Part shown: positions 15,771 to 27,350 of the stretch, piece by piece
How the letters are laid out: every line of letters starts with the position of its first letter
How positions within the stretch are numbered: position 1 is the first letter of the stretch
DNA from: Acidobacteriota bacterium
GTDB taxonomy: Bacteria > Acidobacteriota > Vicinamibacteria > Vicinamibacterales > UBA2999
NCBI GenBank assembly: GCA_041178345.1
Contig: JBEGVQ010000109.1
Span: forward strand, 11,074 to 75,073
Length of the DNA: 64,000 nt
Direction: 5' to 3'
The notes under the pieces: model-generated
What the model was told of the DNA's origin: nothing
The model's input: only the letters and a program-made list of their open reading frames with translations
Database searches by the model: none
Made by a program: the position numbers and the translations under genes

Positions 15771-18650
15771 ATGCGTCGAGTTGTCTTGTGCGCAGTAGTC
15801 CTCTGTGTGGCGTTATTCATCACGTCCCGGGAGGCCAGTGCGCAGGCCTCAATCGCGGGTGTGGTCCGCGACGGGTCGGGCGCCGTGCTGCCCGGGGTCA
15901 CCGTCGAGGCCTCGAGTCCGGCGTTGATCGAAAAAGCGCGCACCGTCGTCACCGACGGGTCCGGGCAGTACCGGATCGTGGATCTCAGCCCCGGGCGCTA
16001 TCAGGTCGTGTTTACCCTGGCCGGGTTCAAGACGGTGCGGCGCGAGGACGTGGTGCTCGAGGGTACCTTTTCGGCGCAAATTAACGTTGGACTCGAAGTT
16101 GGCGCGCTCGAAGAGTCGGTCACGGTCACCGGCGTGACGCCGACCGTTGACGTGACCAACAACCGCACCCAGTTCGTGGCCAACCGCGACATTCTCGATT
16201 CGATTCCCACGCCCATCCGCAACACGCCGGCCCGCGCGCTGCTGCTGCCGGGCACGGTGGTGACACCGAACGTCCTGGGCCAGTACAACATGAGCGTGCA
16301 CGGCTCGAACAACTCCGACATGGTGATTGCCATCGACGGCCTGCGCGTCAACAACCTGTGCGGCAGCGGCCAGTTCAGCGGCTTTTACATGAACGACGCG
16401 AGCGTTCAGGAAGTCACCTTCACGACCGGGGCCGAGTCGGCGGAAATGCAAAACGGCGGGTTGCGGATCAACAGCATCCCGAAGGATGGCGGCAACCAGT
16501 TCTCGGGCACGCTGTTCGCCTACGGCATGAACGGCGGCTTGCAGGCGGACAATCGCTCCGACGAGGTGAAGGCCGCCGGCGTCCCGCAGCCCAGCATTGC
16601 CTATACCTACCAGATCAACCCGTCGTTCGGCGGCCCGATCAAGCGCGACAAGCTGTGGTTCTACTTCACCTACAAGTACGAGGACAACAAGACCTACGTC
16701 GCCAGCTCCGCGTTCGCCGACGGCAGCAAGGCGTATCGCCAGGCCATGGGCAACTACAGCGCCGTCACGAGATTGACGTGGCAGGCCACGCAGAAGGACA
16801 AGATTCGCTTCTATCTCGACCGCCAGTACAACGGCGAGTTCTACAACGGCTTCAATACGTTACCGACCACGTCACCCGAAGCCTCGACCGACGCGTTCGG
16901 GTTGGGCTGGGTGCCGCAACTCAAGTGGACGCAGACCACCACCAACAAGTTGTTGCTCGAGGCCGGCATCTCCTACTACACCCAGGACTACGAACAGAAC
17001 TGCACGGACAGCGTGAAGCCCAGCGACCTGCCCCGCCTCGAACAGACCACCGGCCGGCTGACCGTAGCCTGCGGCAACACGATTCCGCCGTACACCAGCT
17101 GGACCAAGAGCTACAGCTCGGCGGCGTCGGCCAGCTACATCACCGGCTCGCACGCCTTCAAGACCGGCGTCACGGCGCAGTGGGGCACGAACGCGAGAAC
17201 GTTCTCGTCGAACGGCCAGATCAACACGCTGGTGTTCAACAACGGCCTGCTCGGCGCCCCCGCCAGCGCCACCAACCCCGTGCCCTGCGTGGCGTTGCCC
17301 TGTCCGATCGCCGTCGCCGTGAGCAACGGCGCGACCACGGCTCAGCAAGAGGTCAAGAGCGACCTGGGCTTCTTCATTCAGGACACCTGGACGATGGACC
17401 GGCTCACGCTCAACCTGGGCGGCCGCTTCGACCACTTCAATGCGATGGTGCCGGCGCAATCGGCAGCGGCAAGCACGTGGATCCAGGCGCGTAATTTCGC
17501 CGAGATCAAGGACGTCCCCAACTGGAACGACTGGTCACTCCGCATGGCCGCGGCCTACGACGTGTTCGGCAATGGCAAGACCGCGCTCAAGGTGAATGCG
17601 AGCAAGTACATCGCGTCAGCCGCGGCCGGCTACGCCGCCATCTTCAACGGCATGACCTACTCGACGCAAACGCGCGCGTGGTTCGACCTCGACGGCAACA
17701 AGTCGCTGTTCGACTCGGCCGGCAACATCCAGTTCGGCGAGGTGTTCGGCGGCACGTCGAATTTCGGCGGCATCACCAGCCGGCCCGATCCGGACCTGCT
17801 GCGGGGCTACAACTGGGAATACAACGCCTCGGTGCAGCACCAGCTGATCGATCGCCTGTCGATGACGGCCGGCGTCTACCGGCGCCAGTTCTACAACCTG
17901 GATGTCACCGACAACACCAACCTGGCGGTCACCGACTGGTCGCCGTTCTCGATCACCACCCCGACCGATCCGCGGTTGCCGGCCTCAGGCTCGGCCATCA
18001 CCATGCACTCGCTGAACCCGAACAAGGTCGGTGTCCCCACCGACAACCTGCGGACGTTCTCGGACATCAACACCTCGGTCTACAACGGGTTTGAGCTGAG
18101 CGCCAACGCGCGGTTTACCAAGCTGCTCCTGTTCGGCGGCATCACCACCGATCGGCGGGCCACGACCAGCTGCGACGAACGTGACAACCCGAACAGCGCG
18201 CGCTTCTGTGACGCCGTGCCGCCCTTCCGCACCACGTTCAAGATGTCGGCCGCGTACCAGCTGCCGTATGAGTTCCAGCTGAGCGGCTCGTTCCTGTCGC
18301 GGCCGGGGCCGAGCGTTGCCGCCAACTACACGGTGACCGCCGGTATCGCCGGCCGTCCGATCATCGGCTCGACCGCAGGTGCCACCACCATCGGGGTCAA
18401 CCTGGTTCAACCGAGCACCGTGTTCCTGGATACTTTCAACCAACTCGACCTGCGTCTCGGCCGCACCTTCAGGATCGGCAGCCGCACCCGCATCCAGGGC
18501 TTCGCCGACTTCTTCAACATCCTGAACGCGGGCACCGTGACCCGGGTCAACGAAACGTATGGCGCCAATCCGGCGACCAACGCGTGGATGCGGCCGACGG
18601 CCATCATGGACGCGCGCTACGTCCGTTTCGGCATGCAGATGTCGTTCTAG
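15771..18650 (+). CDS. TonB-dependent outer-membrane receptor with N-terminal carboxypeptidase-regulatory-like domain
   Basis: Signal peptide MRRVVLCAVVLCVALFITSREASAQ. CarboxypepD_reg pattern IAGVVRDGSGAVLPGVTVEA...TDGSGQYRIVDLSPGRYQVVFTLAGF. Plug-like region and a long beta-strand-rich barrel ending YVRFGMQMSF. Confidence 0.85.
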   Translation: MRRVVLCAVVLCVALFITSREASAQASIAGVVRDGSGAVLPGVTVEASSPALIEKARTVVTDGSGQYRIVDLSPGRYQVVFTLAGFKTVRREDVVLEGTFSAQINVGLEVGALEESVTVTGVTPTVDVTNNRTQFVANRDILDSIPTPIRNTPARALLLPGTVVTPNVLGQYNMSVHGSNNSDMVIAIDGLRVNNLCGSGQFSGFYMNDASVQEVTFTTGAESAEMQNGGLRINSIPKDGGNQFSGTLFAYGMNGGLQADNRSDEVKAAGVPQPSIAYTYQINPSFGGPIKRDKLWFYFTYKYEDNKTYVASSAFADGSKAYRQAMGNYSAVTRLTWQATQKDKIRFYLDRQYNGEFYNGFNTLPTTSPEASTDAFGLGWVPQLKWTQTTTNKLLLEAGISYYTQDYEQNCTDSVKPSDLPRLEQTTGRLTVACGNTIPPYTSWTKSYSSAASASYITGSHAFKTGVTAQWGTNARTFSSNGQINTLVFNNGLLGAPASATNPVPCVALPCPIAVAVSNGATTAQQEVKSDLGFFIQDTWTMDRLTLNLGGRFDHFNAMVPAQSAAASTWIQARNFAEIKDVPNWNDWSLRMAAAYDVFGNGKTALKVNASKYIASAAAGYAAIFNGMTYSTQTRAWFDLDGNKSLFDSAGNIQFGEVFGGTSNFGGITSRPDPDLLRGYNWEYNASVQHQLIDRLSMTAGVYRRQFYNLDVTDNTNLAVTDWSPFSITTPTDPRLPASGSAITMHSLNPNKVGVPTDNLRTFSDINTSVYNGFELSANARFTKLLLFGGITTDRRATTSCDERDNPNSARFCDAVPPFRTTFKMSAAYQLPYEFQLSGSFLSRPGPSVAANYTVTAGIAGRPIIGSTAGATTIGVNLVQPSTVFLDTFNQLDLRLGRTFRIGSRTRIQGFADFFNILNAGTVTRVNETYGANPATNAWMRPTAIMDARYVRFGMQMSF

Positions 18651-18660
18651 GGAAGAGCCG

Positions 18661-18707
18661 GCCACCGAGGACACCGCGGACCCAGAGTCCTTGGTGTCCT
18701 CAGTGGC
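18661..18707. terminator. Long hairpin between convergent genes (15-bp arms with one mismatch, plus inner GGAC/GTCC stem)
   Basis: GCCACCGAGGACACC (18661-18675) pairs with GGTGTCCTCAGTGGC (18693-18707). It abuts the stop of the M28 peptidase gene. Confidence 0.5.
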
Positions 18708-20087
18708 TCACTTGATTACTTTCACCTCGGCCGATCGCCGTACCGGCGACACATAGGCGCTGACCAGGCTCTCGTGGCCGTCGGCGCCAATCGCCGCCAC
18801 TCCAAAGACAAAGTCATCAATCGACACGTTGGGCAGGGCGAACTGCGTCACGTTGCCAATCGTCTGCGAGCGCTGCCAGTCGTTCGACCAGGTGTCGCGC
18901 CAGTAGATGCGATAGGCCACGGCCCCGGGCGAGGGGGCCCAGCGCAGGTCGGCGTCGTAGCCCGAGGCACCGCGGCCGAGCAGGTTCTGCCCGCGTTCGC
19001 CGGTCACCTTCGGCGCCGGCGGCGCCAGGCCGAGCGCGGCCACGCCCGCGGCGTTGACCCGGGCGTTCTGCGCCAGATACGCAAAGTCGACGCCATCGAT
19101 GGTGTCGCGGGCCGAGTGCTGCCTGCTGAAGTTCTCGTTGGCCTCGCGGAACACGATCGCGGGATAACCGGCCTGGGAGAACGACGACTGGTCGCTGCCG
19201 CGGCCAAACCGATCCTCGCGGGCCATCAGCCGAATCTGGTGCGACGGCACGTAGATGGCGGCGGTCTTCGCAATGTGCCGCGCCAATGACCGCGCCATTG
19301 AATCTTCCGGTCCCACCGCATATACGCGCACACTCTCGGCGTCGACCACGCCGTTGCCGCCGTGGCTGTTGCCGACGATGTCGTTGTTGAACAGGGCTTC
19401 GACGGTGGCCTTGGCGGCCACCAGGTTCTGGGCGTGCGCCGCGGACCCGATCAGGCCCTGCTCTTCGCCGGCCCAGCAGATGAACACCAGCGTGGCATCG
19501 AACTCGAGGCCGCTCTCCGCAAACACTCTCGCCAGCTCCATCGTCAGCACCGTGCCGCTGCCATCGTCGTTGGCGCCGGGGGCTTCGACGTCGTGATTGA
19601 ACTCGGCGGTCGCCTGCGGGTTGGCGCCGGCGCCGGTGTTGAGGCCGGCCTGGCCGCGGTCGCCGAGGTTGAGCGAGTCGTAGTGGCCGCTGACGTAAAT
19701 GCGGCGCGCCGACTTGCCGGGCAGCACGGCCATCACGTTGCGCAGGTCCACCTGGCGGGTGATACGCCCTTGCGGCGCAATCATATGGGTGTCGAACGAC
19801 ACCTGCAGGCGGGGACTCGACCGCTTCATCTCGTCGAGAATCCACTGGCGGGCGCCGCCAATGGCGCGGGTGGTGCCATCCTGGTTCGACAGCGTCTCGC
19901 GCGTGCCGAAGCTCACCAGCCGGGTCAGCAGCTGCTGCAGTCGCTCTTGCGAGACCGCGGCCACGATCGTCTGGACGCGTGGGTCGGCGTCGGGCCTGAT
20001 CGGGGCCTGCGCGGCGGCCACGGCCGGGAGCGCGACAAGCACGGCGGCGATCATCGAGGTAGACAGCTTGAACGGTAATGGCGTCAT
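18708..20087 (-). CDS. M28 family metallopeptidase (aminopeptidase-like) with C-terminal FN3-like domain
   Basis: Preferred start is ATG at 20087 (MTPLPFKLSTSMIAAVLVALPAVAAAQA signal peptide), overlapping the upstream stop as ATGA. Zn-ligand region VSGHYDS...PGANDDGSGTVLTMELARVF...FICWAGEEQGLIGS. Confidence 0.8.
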   Translation of the reverse strand: MTPLPFKLSTSMIAAVLVALPAVAAAQAPIRPDADPRVQTIVAAVSQERLQQLLTRLVSFGTRETLSNQDGTTRAIGGARQWILDEMKRSSPRLQVSFDTHMIAPQGRITRQVDLRNVMAVLPGKSARRIYVSGHYDSLNLGDRGQAGLNTGAGANPQATAEFNHDVEAPGANDDGSGTVLTMELARVFAESGLEFDATLVFICWAGEEQGLIGSAAHAQNLVAAKATVEALFNNDIVGNSHGGNGVVDAESVRVYAVGPEDSMARSLARHIAKTAAIYVPSHQIRLMAREDRFGRGSDQSSFSQAGYPAIVFREANENFSRQHSARDTIDGVDFAYLAQNARVNAAGVAALGLAPPAPKVTGERGQNLLGRGASGYDADLRWAPSPGAVAYRIYWRDTWSNDWQRSQTIGNVTQFALPNVSIDDFVFGVAAIGADGHESLVSAYVSPVRRSAEVKVIK

Positions 20088-20644
20088 GACTTCTCCGTAA
20101 GCGCACCGAGCTTGAGCACGGTGTTCCAGTTGCGGGCGGTGCCCGTGGTGCCGAGTTTCTTTTCGATCGCCGTGATGGTGAGCTTGGAACTGCCGATGCC
20201 ATCCGGGTAGAGGAAGTAGGCGTGCCGGCCCTTCGCCTTGACGACCTCCCGGCCCTTGATGGCGTCCTGCAGGGCCTTGACGGCCGCCGGCGGCGCCGCG
20301 TCTTTCAGGCACATCAGCACGGTGTGACTGGGATCGCGCGTCGCCTCTTTCGGGAACGGGTTGTCGGCGATGGCTTGCTGCCACTCTGCACCCGTGCGGA
20401 CGAAGAAGTCGGTCTGGAGACCCAGCTTCTTGGCCGCTGCGGTCTCGAGCAGGGTCTCCAGAGAGCCGGTGGCGCGGGCGGTGCTCTCGAACACCAGGTT
20501 GCCGCTCTGCAGCAGGCTTTGCGGATTCTGCAGGCCGAGCCCGGCCAGCAGCGCCTTCAGGTCGGCCATCGACACCTTGTTGTGGGAACCCAGATTGATG
20601 GCTCGCAGCAGACCGATATAGGTCGCCTTCATCTTGACTGGCAA
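20084..20644 (-). CDS. DUF1697 domain protein
   Basis: N-terminus TYIGLLRAINLGSHNKVSMADLKALL...LLQSGNLVFES matches the DUF1697 family pattern. Start may be the second ATG (20632). Confidence 0.75.
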   Translation of the reverse strand: MPVKMKATYIGLLRAINLGSHNKVSMADLKALLAGLGLQNPQSLLQSGNLVFESTARATGSLETLLETAAAKKLGLQTDFFVRTGAEWQQAIADNPFPKEATRDPSHTVLMCLKDAAPPAAVKALQDAIKGREVVKAKGRHAYFLYPDGIGSSKLTITAIEKKLGTTGTARNWNTVLKLGALTEKS

Positions 20645-20721
20645 TTGTACTCAGCCCGCGGCAGAGAGCGGGCTCCGCGCTCCTTGCGGGCCGGAGGCCA
20701 AGCGTCGATAATCACGTCGAC

Positions 20722-22068
20722 TTGGAGGGCCAATTGCGAAACACGCGCACTCGATTGCTTTCATCCCTTGCCGCCGCGGCCGTCGTCGCCGCCGTGCTGG
20801 CGCCGACCGCGGTCTACACCCAGCGCCGTACGGCCGTGGCCACCGCGCCGGCGTTGCCGGTCGCTGCCCCCGAAACCGTCGGGTTCACCGCCGGCGGCCT
20901 CGACCGGATGGACGCCGGCATGCAGGACCTTGTCGACAAGAAGCAGCTGGCTGGCGTCGTGACCCTGGTGGCGCGCAAAGGCAAGGTCGTGCAGCACAAG
21001 TCGTACGGCTATCAGGACCTCGACAAGCAGACGCCGATGCGCACCGACACCATTGCGCGCATCTACTCGATGACCAAGCCGGTGACCGGCGTCGCCATGA
21101 TGATGCTGTACGAGGAAGGCAAGTGGAAGCCTACCGATCCGATCGCCCGGCACATCCCCGAGTTCGCGAACCTGAAGGTGTATGCCGGCGAGAAAGACGG
21201 CGCGATGATGCTCGAGGCGCCGGGGCACGCGCCGACGATGGGCGAGTTGATGTCGCACACCGCGGGATTCACCTATGGACTGTTCGGCAACTCGCCGGTT
21301 GACAAGTTGTACCAGGCGGCGAATCCCTTGGGACAGCGTGACCTCAAGTCGTTCATCAACACGATGGCCACGCTGCCGCTGCTCTATCAGCCCGGCAGCC
21401 GCTGGGTCTACAGCGTGTCGGTTGACATCCAGGGATACCTGGTGGAGAAGCTCTCGGGTCAGACCTTCCCCGAGTTCCTGCGGACGCGGCTGTTCGATCC
21501 GCTGGGGATGATCGACACCGCCTTTTACGTGCCAGCGGACAAACTGTCGCGGGTCGCGACCGTCTACGCCTACGACAAGGCCAAGGCCGGGCTCGCGCCG
21601 GCGCCTGGCGAGAGCACCGTGACGAGCGCGCCGGGACTGCCTTCCGGAGGCGGCGGTCTTTACGGGACGGCCGCCGACTACTTCCGCTTTGCGCAGATGT
21701 TGCTCAACGGCGGCGAGCTCGATGGCCGGCGTTACCTGAAGAGGGCCACCGTCGACATGATGCGCACGAACGTGTTGAGCGAGCAGGTGCTCAATTCGAA
21801 ATCGGGCATCGGCCAGGCGCAGTTCTCGCCCGCCCAGGGCTTCGGCTACGACTTCGCAGTGGTCCTCGATCCGGCGGCGGCGAAGCGGCAGGTCGGCAAG
21901 GGCAGCTACTGGTGGTGGGGCATTGCGGGCACCTGGTTCTGGATCGACCCTGCCAATGAGGTCGTCTTCGTCGGCATCATCCAGCGGCGCGGCGGCGTGC
22001 CCGGCGCGGCCAACCACGAGGACGTCTCGCGTCGCGTGATTGCCGAGGCGCTGGCACCGGGCCAGTGA
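20722..22068 (+). CDS. Serine hydrolase of the beta-lactamase/transpeptidase (class C-like) family, secreted
   Basis: SxxK motif IYSMTKPVTG and overall AmpC/esterase-like pattern. Signal-like N-terminus LLSSLAAAAVVAAVLAPTAVYTQ. Start uncertain (TTG at 20722 or 20734 after GGAGGG). Confidence 0.8.
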   Translation: MEGQLRNTRTRLLSSLAAAAVVAAVLAPTAVYTQRRTAVATAPALPVAAPETVGFTAGGLDRMDAGMQDLVDKKQLAGVVTLVARKGKVVQHKSYGYQDLDKQTPMRTDTIARIYSMTKPVTGVAMMMLYEEGKWKPTDPIARHIPEFANLKVYAGEKDGAMMLEAPGHAPTMGELMSHTAGFTYGLFGNSPVDKLYQAANPLGQRDLKSFINTMATLPLLYQPGSRWVYSVSVDIQGYLVEKLSGQTFPEFLRTRLFDPLGMIDTAFYVPADKLSRVATVYAYDKAKAGLAPAPGESTVTSAPGLPSGGGGLYGTAADYFRFAQMLLNGGELDGRRYLKRATVDMMRTNVLSEQVLNSKSGIGQAQFSPAQGFGYDFAVVLDPAAAKRQVGKGSYWWWGIAGTWFWIDPANEVVFVGIIQRRGGVPGAANHEDVSRRVIAEALAPGQ

Positions 22069-22093
22069 CCGGGTCGCGCCAGGCGCTCGCGGG

Positions 22094-22282
22094 TCACTCG
22101 GAGCGACTCCGCTTGTGGGCGGTTAGGCCCACGGCCAACAGCGCCCCGCCGAGCCCCATGTAGACGGGTGATTGCCCGAAGGTTCCCAAAGCGAGGAACG
22201 CGGAACCCATCCCGATCCAGACCATGGGATGGGTGCGCTTGAACGCGACCGCGCATCGCTGCAGCCACCCGCCATTCGCCAT
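22094..22282 (-). CDS. Possible small two-TM membrane protein
   Basis: 62-aa ORF with two hydrophobic segments (MVWIGMGSAFLALGTF, VYMGLGGALLAVGL), co-directional with and downstream of the PNPOx-like gene. No homology recognised. Confidence 0.3.
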   Translation of the reverse strand: MANGGWLQRCAVAFKRTHPMVWIGMGSAFLALGTFGQSPVYMGLGGALLAVGLTAHKRSRSE

Positions 22283-22324
22283 GCCGTGATTGTGCCACGA
22301 CTCATGCAGGGCTCGGGCCGCCGG

Positions 22325-22846
22325 TCAGGGGAAGGTCACCGCCAGCGGCAGCCAGGTCCTGGGGTCGGAGGTCAGGCCGCGCGCCTCGCTGACCACTTCC
22401 ATGCGCAAGGGCTCCAGGCGAATCAGCACCACGGCGTCGCCTTTGGGGCCGCCGGAGTAGAACGGCGTCCAGGCCGCCTTCCAATGGCGCGCCTTTTCCT
22501 CGGCGTCGGTGACGATGGCGGCCTTGGCGAGCACGGTCGCGTAGCTCGCGGTGGTGGCGTCGAAGCACAGCAGCGTGGCGCGCGGATCGCGACGAATTTG
22601 ATCGACCTTCCGGGTCAGCGGATTGGTGGCGATGTGGAACGTGAAGCTCTCGTCGGGGCCGAGCGGATCGACGATGCGCGCCTGCGGGTGGCCGTCTACG
22701 CCGGCGGTAATGAACGAGCAGTAGCCCGCCTTCTGGATGATGTCGCGGCCGCCGGCCAGGATCTGGCTGCGCGAGGGTTGCCCCTGTGCCGCCGGCAGGG
22801 CCGGCAGCATCAAGGACAGGAGGAGCCAGGCGCGCCCTGCGATCAT
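22325..22846 (-). CDS. Pyridoxamine 5'-phosphate oxidase family (FMN-binding split barrel) protein with signal peptide
   Basis: 173 aa. MIAGRAWLLLSLMLPALPAAQG, then a PNPOx-like pattern (YCSFITAGVDGHPQARIVDP...FHIATNPLTRKVDQIRRDPRATLLCFD). Starts 6 nt after the parC-like stop. Confidence 0.65.
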   Translation of the reverse strand: MIAGRAWLLLSLMLPALPAAQGQPSRSQILAGGRDIIQKAGYCSFITAGVDGHPQARIVDPLGPDESFTFHIATNPLTRKVDQIRRDPRATLLCFDATTASYATVLAKAAIVTDAEEKARHWKAAWTPFYSGGPKGDAVVLIRLEPLRMEVVSEARGLTSDPRTWLPLAVTFP

Positions 22847-22852
22847 AGGCCG

Positions 22853-25270
<2,418 letters not shown>

Positions 25271-26656
25271 TTACGCTTCGGGGATCAGTTTACCCGGATT
25301 CATGAGATTGGCCGGGTCGAGGGCGCGCTTGATCGCGCGCATGACGTCGAGCGAGGCGCCGTGCTCCTTCGCCAAGTACTTCAGCTTGCCGATGCCCACG
25401 CCATGTTCGCCGCTGCAGGTGCCGCCGAACTTCAACGACCGCTCGACCAGCCGTTCGTTCAGGCGCGAGATCTGGTCGAATTCCTTCGGGTCGTTCGCGT
25501 CGAGCATGAAGATCAAGTGGAAGTTTCCGTCGCCGGCGTGACCGACGAGGGGCGCAACCACGCCGGCCTCTTTCAGGTCGGCCTGGGTCTCGAGAATGCA
25601 CTCGGCCAGGTGCGAGATCGGCACGCAGATGTCGGTGGTCCAGGCACGGGCGCCGGGACGCGACGCCACCGTCGCGTAGTAGGCGTTGTGGCGAGCCGTC
25701 CACAGCGTATTGCGGTCTTCGAGGGTCGAGGCCCACTGGAAGCCCCTGGCGCCCTGCTCGCGCGCGATCTCCTCGACCGCCTTGATTTGCTCGTCCACCA
25801 TCACGTCGCTGATGCCGTGGAACTCGAAGAACAGCGTCGGCCCAATTGGGTAGTTGGTCTTGGAGTAGGCGTTGACGACGCGCAGTTGCGCTTCGTCCAC
25901 GATCTCGATGCGGGCGACGGGGATGCCCAACTGGATGGTCTGGATCACGGTGGCGGCGGCCCCGGCCATCGACTCGAATGGGCAGACCGCGGCGCGGACC
26001 GCTTCGGGCTTGCCGTGCAGCCTGAGCGTGACCTCGGTGATCACCCCCAGCGTGCCTTCGGAGCCGACCCACAGCCGCGTGAGGTCGTATCCGGACGACG
26101 ACTTGCGGGCACGGCCGCCAGTCTTGATGATCTGGCCATCGGCCAGCACCGCCGTCAGGCCCAGCACGTTGTCGCGCATGGTCCCGTAGCGGACCGCGGT
26201 CGTGCCGGAGGCGCGCGTCGCCGTCATGCCGCCAATGGTGGCGTCGGCACCCGGGTCGATCGGAAACATCAACCCGGTGTTCTTCAGGTGGGCATCCAGC
26301 TGCAACCGCGTCAGCCCTGCCTCCACGGTGACATCGAGATCCTCGGGACTGAGCCGCAGCACCCGCGTCATCCGGGTCATGTCGATCGAGACGCCGCCGT
26401 GGATGGCGTTGACGTGACCCTCGAGCGAACTGCCCATGCCAAACGCCACGATCGGCGTGCCGTGCGCGGCGCAGATCCGGACGATGGCGCTGACCTCAGC
26501 GGTCGAAGTCGGGAACACCACCGCCTCGGGCATGCCGGCGGCGTGCCACGACTCGCCGTGGCTGTGGTGTTCGCGCACCGCCGCGGCCGTCGACACCCGG
26601 TCGCCAAGGAGACTTCTCAGTTCGTCAATCACTACGACATTATAGGTGTCTGCCAT
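25271..26656 (-). CDS. FAD-linked oxidase (D-lactate dehydrogenase/GlcD family)
   Basis: FAD_binding_4 pattern (PEAVVFPTSTAEVSAIVRICAAHGTPIVAFGMGSSLEGH, GADATIGGMTATRASG, YDLTRLWVGSEGTLGVITEVTLRL) and C-terminal FAD-oxidase_C (GTCSGEHGVGIGK). The stop abuts the parC-like ATG (TAAATG). ATG at 26656 preferred; the ORF is open to 26704. Confidence 0.85.
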   Translation of the reverse strand: MADTYNVVVIDELRSLLGDRVSTAAAVREHHSHGESWHAAGMPEAVVFPTSTAEVSAIVRICAAHGTPIVAFGMGSSLEGHVNAIHGGVSIDMTRMTRVLRLSPEDLDVTVEAGLTRLQLDAHLKNTGLMFPIDPGADATIGGMTATRASGTTAVRYGTMRDNVLGLTAVLADGQIIKTGGRARKSSSGYDLTRLWVGSEGTLGVITEVTLRLHGKPEAVRAAVCPFESMAGAAATVIQTIQLGIPVARIEIVDEAQLRVVNAYSKTNYPIGPTLFFEFHGISDVMVDEQIKAVEEIAREQGARGFQWASTLEDRNTLWTARHNAYYATVASRPGARAWTTDICVPISHLAECILETQADLKEAGVVAPLVGHAGDGNFHLIFMLDANDPKEFDQISRLNERLVERSLKFGGTCSGEHGVGIGKLKYLAKEHGASLDVMRAIKRALDPANLMNPGKLIPEA

Positions 26657-27350
26657 GTTCACACCGAAGACGTTGTCGTTCCTGAAGTCGCTCAAGCGCA
26701 ACAACCAGCGAGAGTGGTTTCACGCTCATCGCGATCGGTTCGAGGCCGAGTGCCGCGCGCCGATGGTCGCCGTGGTCGAACGGCTGGCCCTCGACCTGCC
26801 GGCGTTCGCACCGGAGTTGCTGGTCGGGCCGAAGGAGTCGTTGTTCCGGCAGTTTCGCGACACGCGGTTCAGCGGCGACAAGACGCCCATGAAAACCAAC
26901 ATTGCCGCGACGTTTCCGCATCGCGCGCTCGGCCGCATGGACGGCGCCAGCTGCTATTTCGAAGTAGGGCCTGATTACGTCTGGATTGGCGGCGGCGTCT
27001 ACCGGCCCGACACCTCGCAACTGCAACTGCTCCGCGAGCATATTGCCGCCAACCACCGTCAACTCGAGGCCATTGTCAGCTCGCCGGCATTCAAGAAGCT
27101 GGGCGGGCTGCGCGGCGACACACTCACGCGGGTGCCGCGCGGGTTCGACAAGCACCACCCGGCCGCCCGCTACTTGATGCACAAGCAGTTCATGGCCTTC
27201 CGCGAAGAGCCCGGCACGTTCGCGACGTCGAAGGACTTCTACAAGAGCCTGCTGGCGACGTTCAAGACCCTGTCGCCGATGGTGAAGTTCCTGAACGAAC
27301 CGCTGATCGCGGCGGAGTCGCCATCGCGCAAGGCGCGTCTAGACTTTTAG
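26655..27350 (+). CDS. DUF2461 (TIGR02453) family protein
   Basis: MFTPKTLSFLKSLKRNNQREWFHAHRDRFEAECRAPM... matches the family N-terminus. A GTG at 26646 is an alternative start. Confidence 0.75.
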   Translation: MFTPKTLSFLKSLKRNNQREWFHAHRDRFEAECRAPMVAVVERLALDLPAFAPELLVGPKESLFRQFRDTRFSGDKTPMKTNIAATFPHRALGRMDGASCYFEVGPDYVWIGGGVYRPDTSQLQLLREHIAANHRQLEAIVSSPAFKKLGGLRGDTLTRVPRGFDKHHPAARYLMHKQFMAFREEPGTFATSKDFYKSLLATFKTLSPMVKFLNEPLIAAESPSRKARLDF

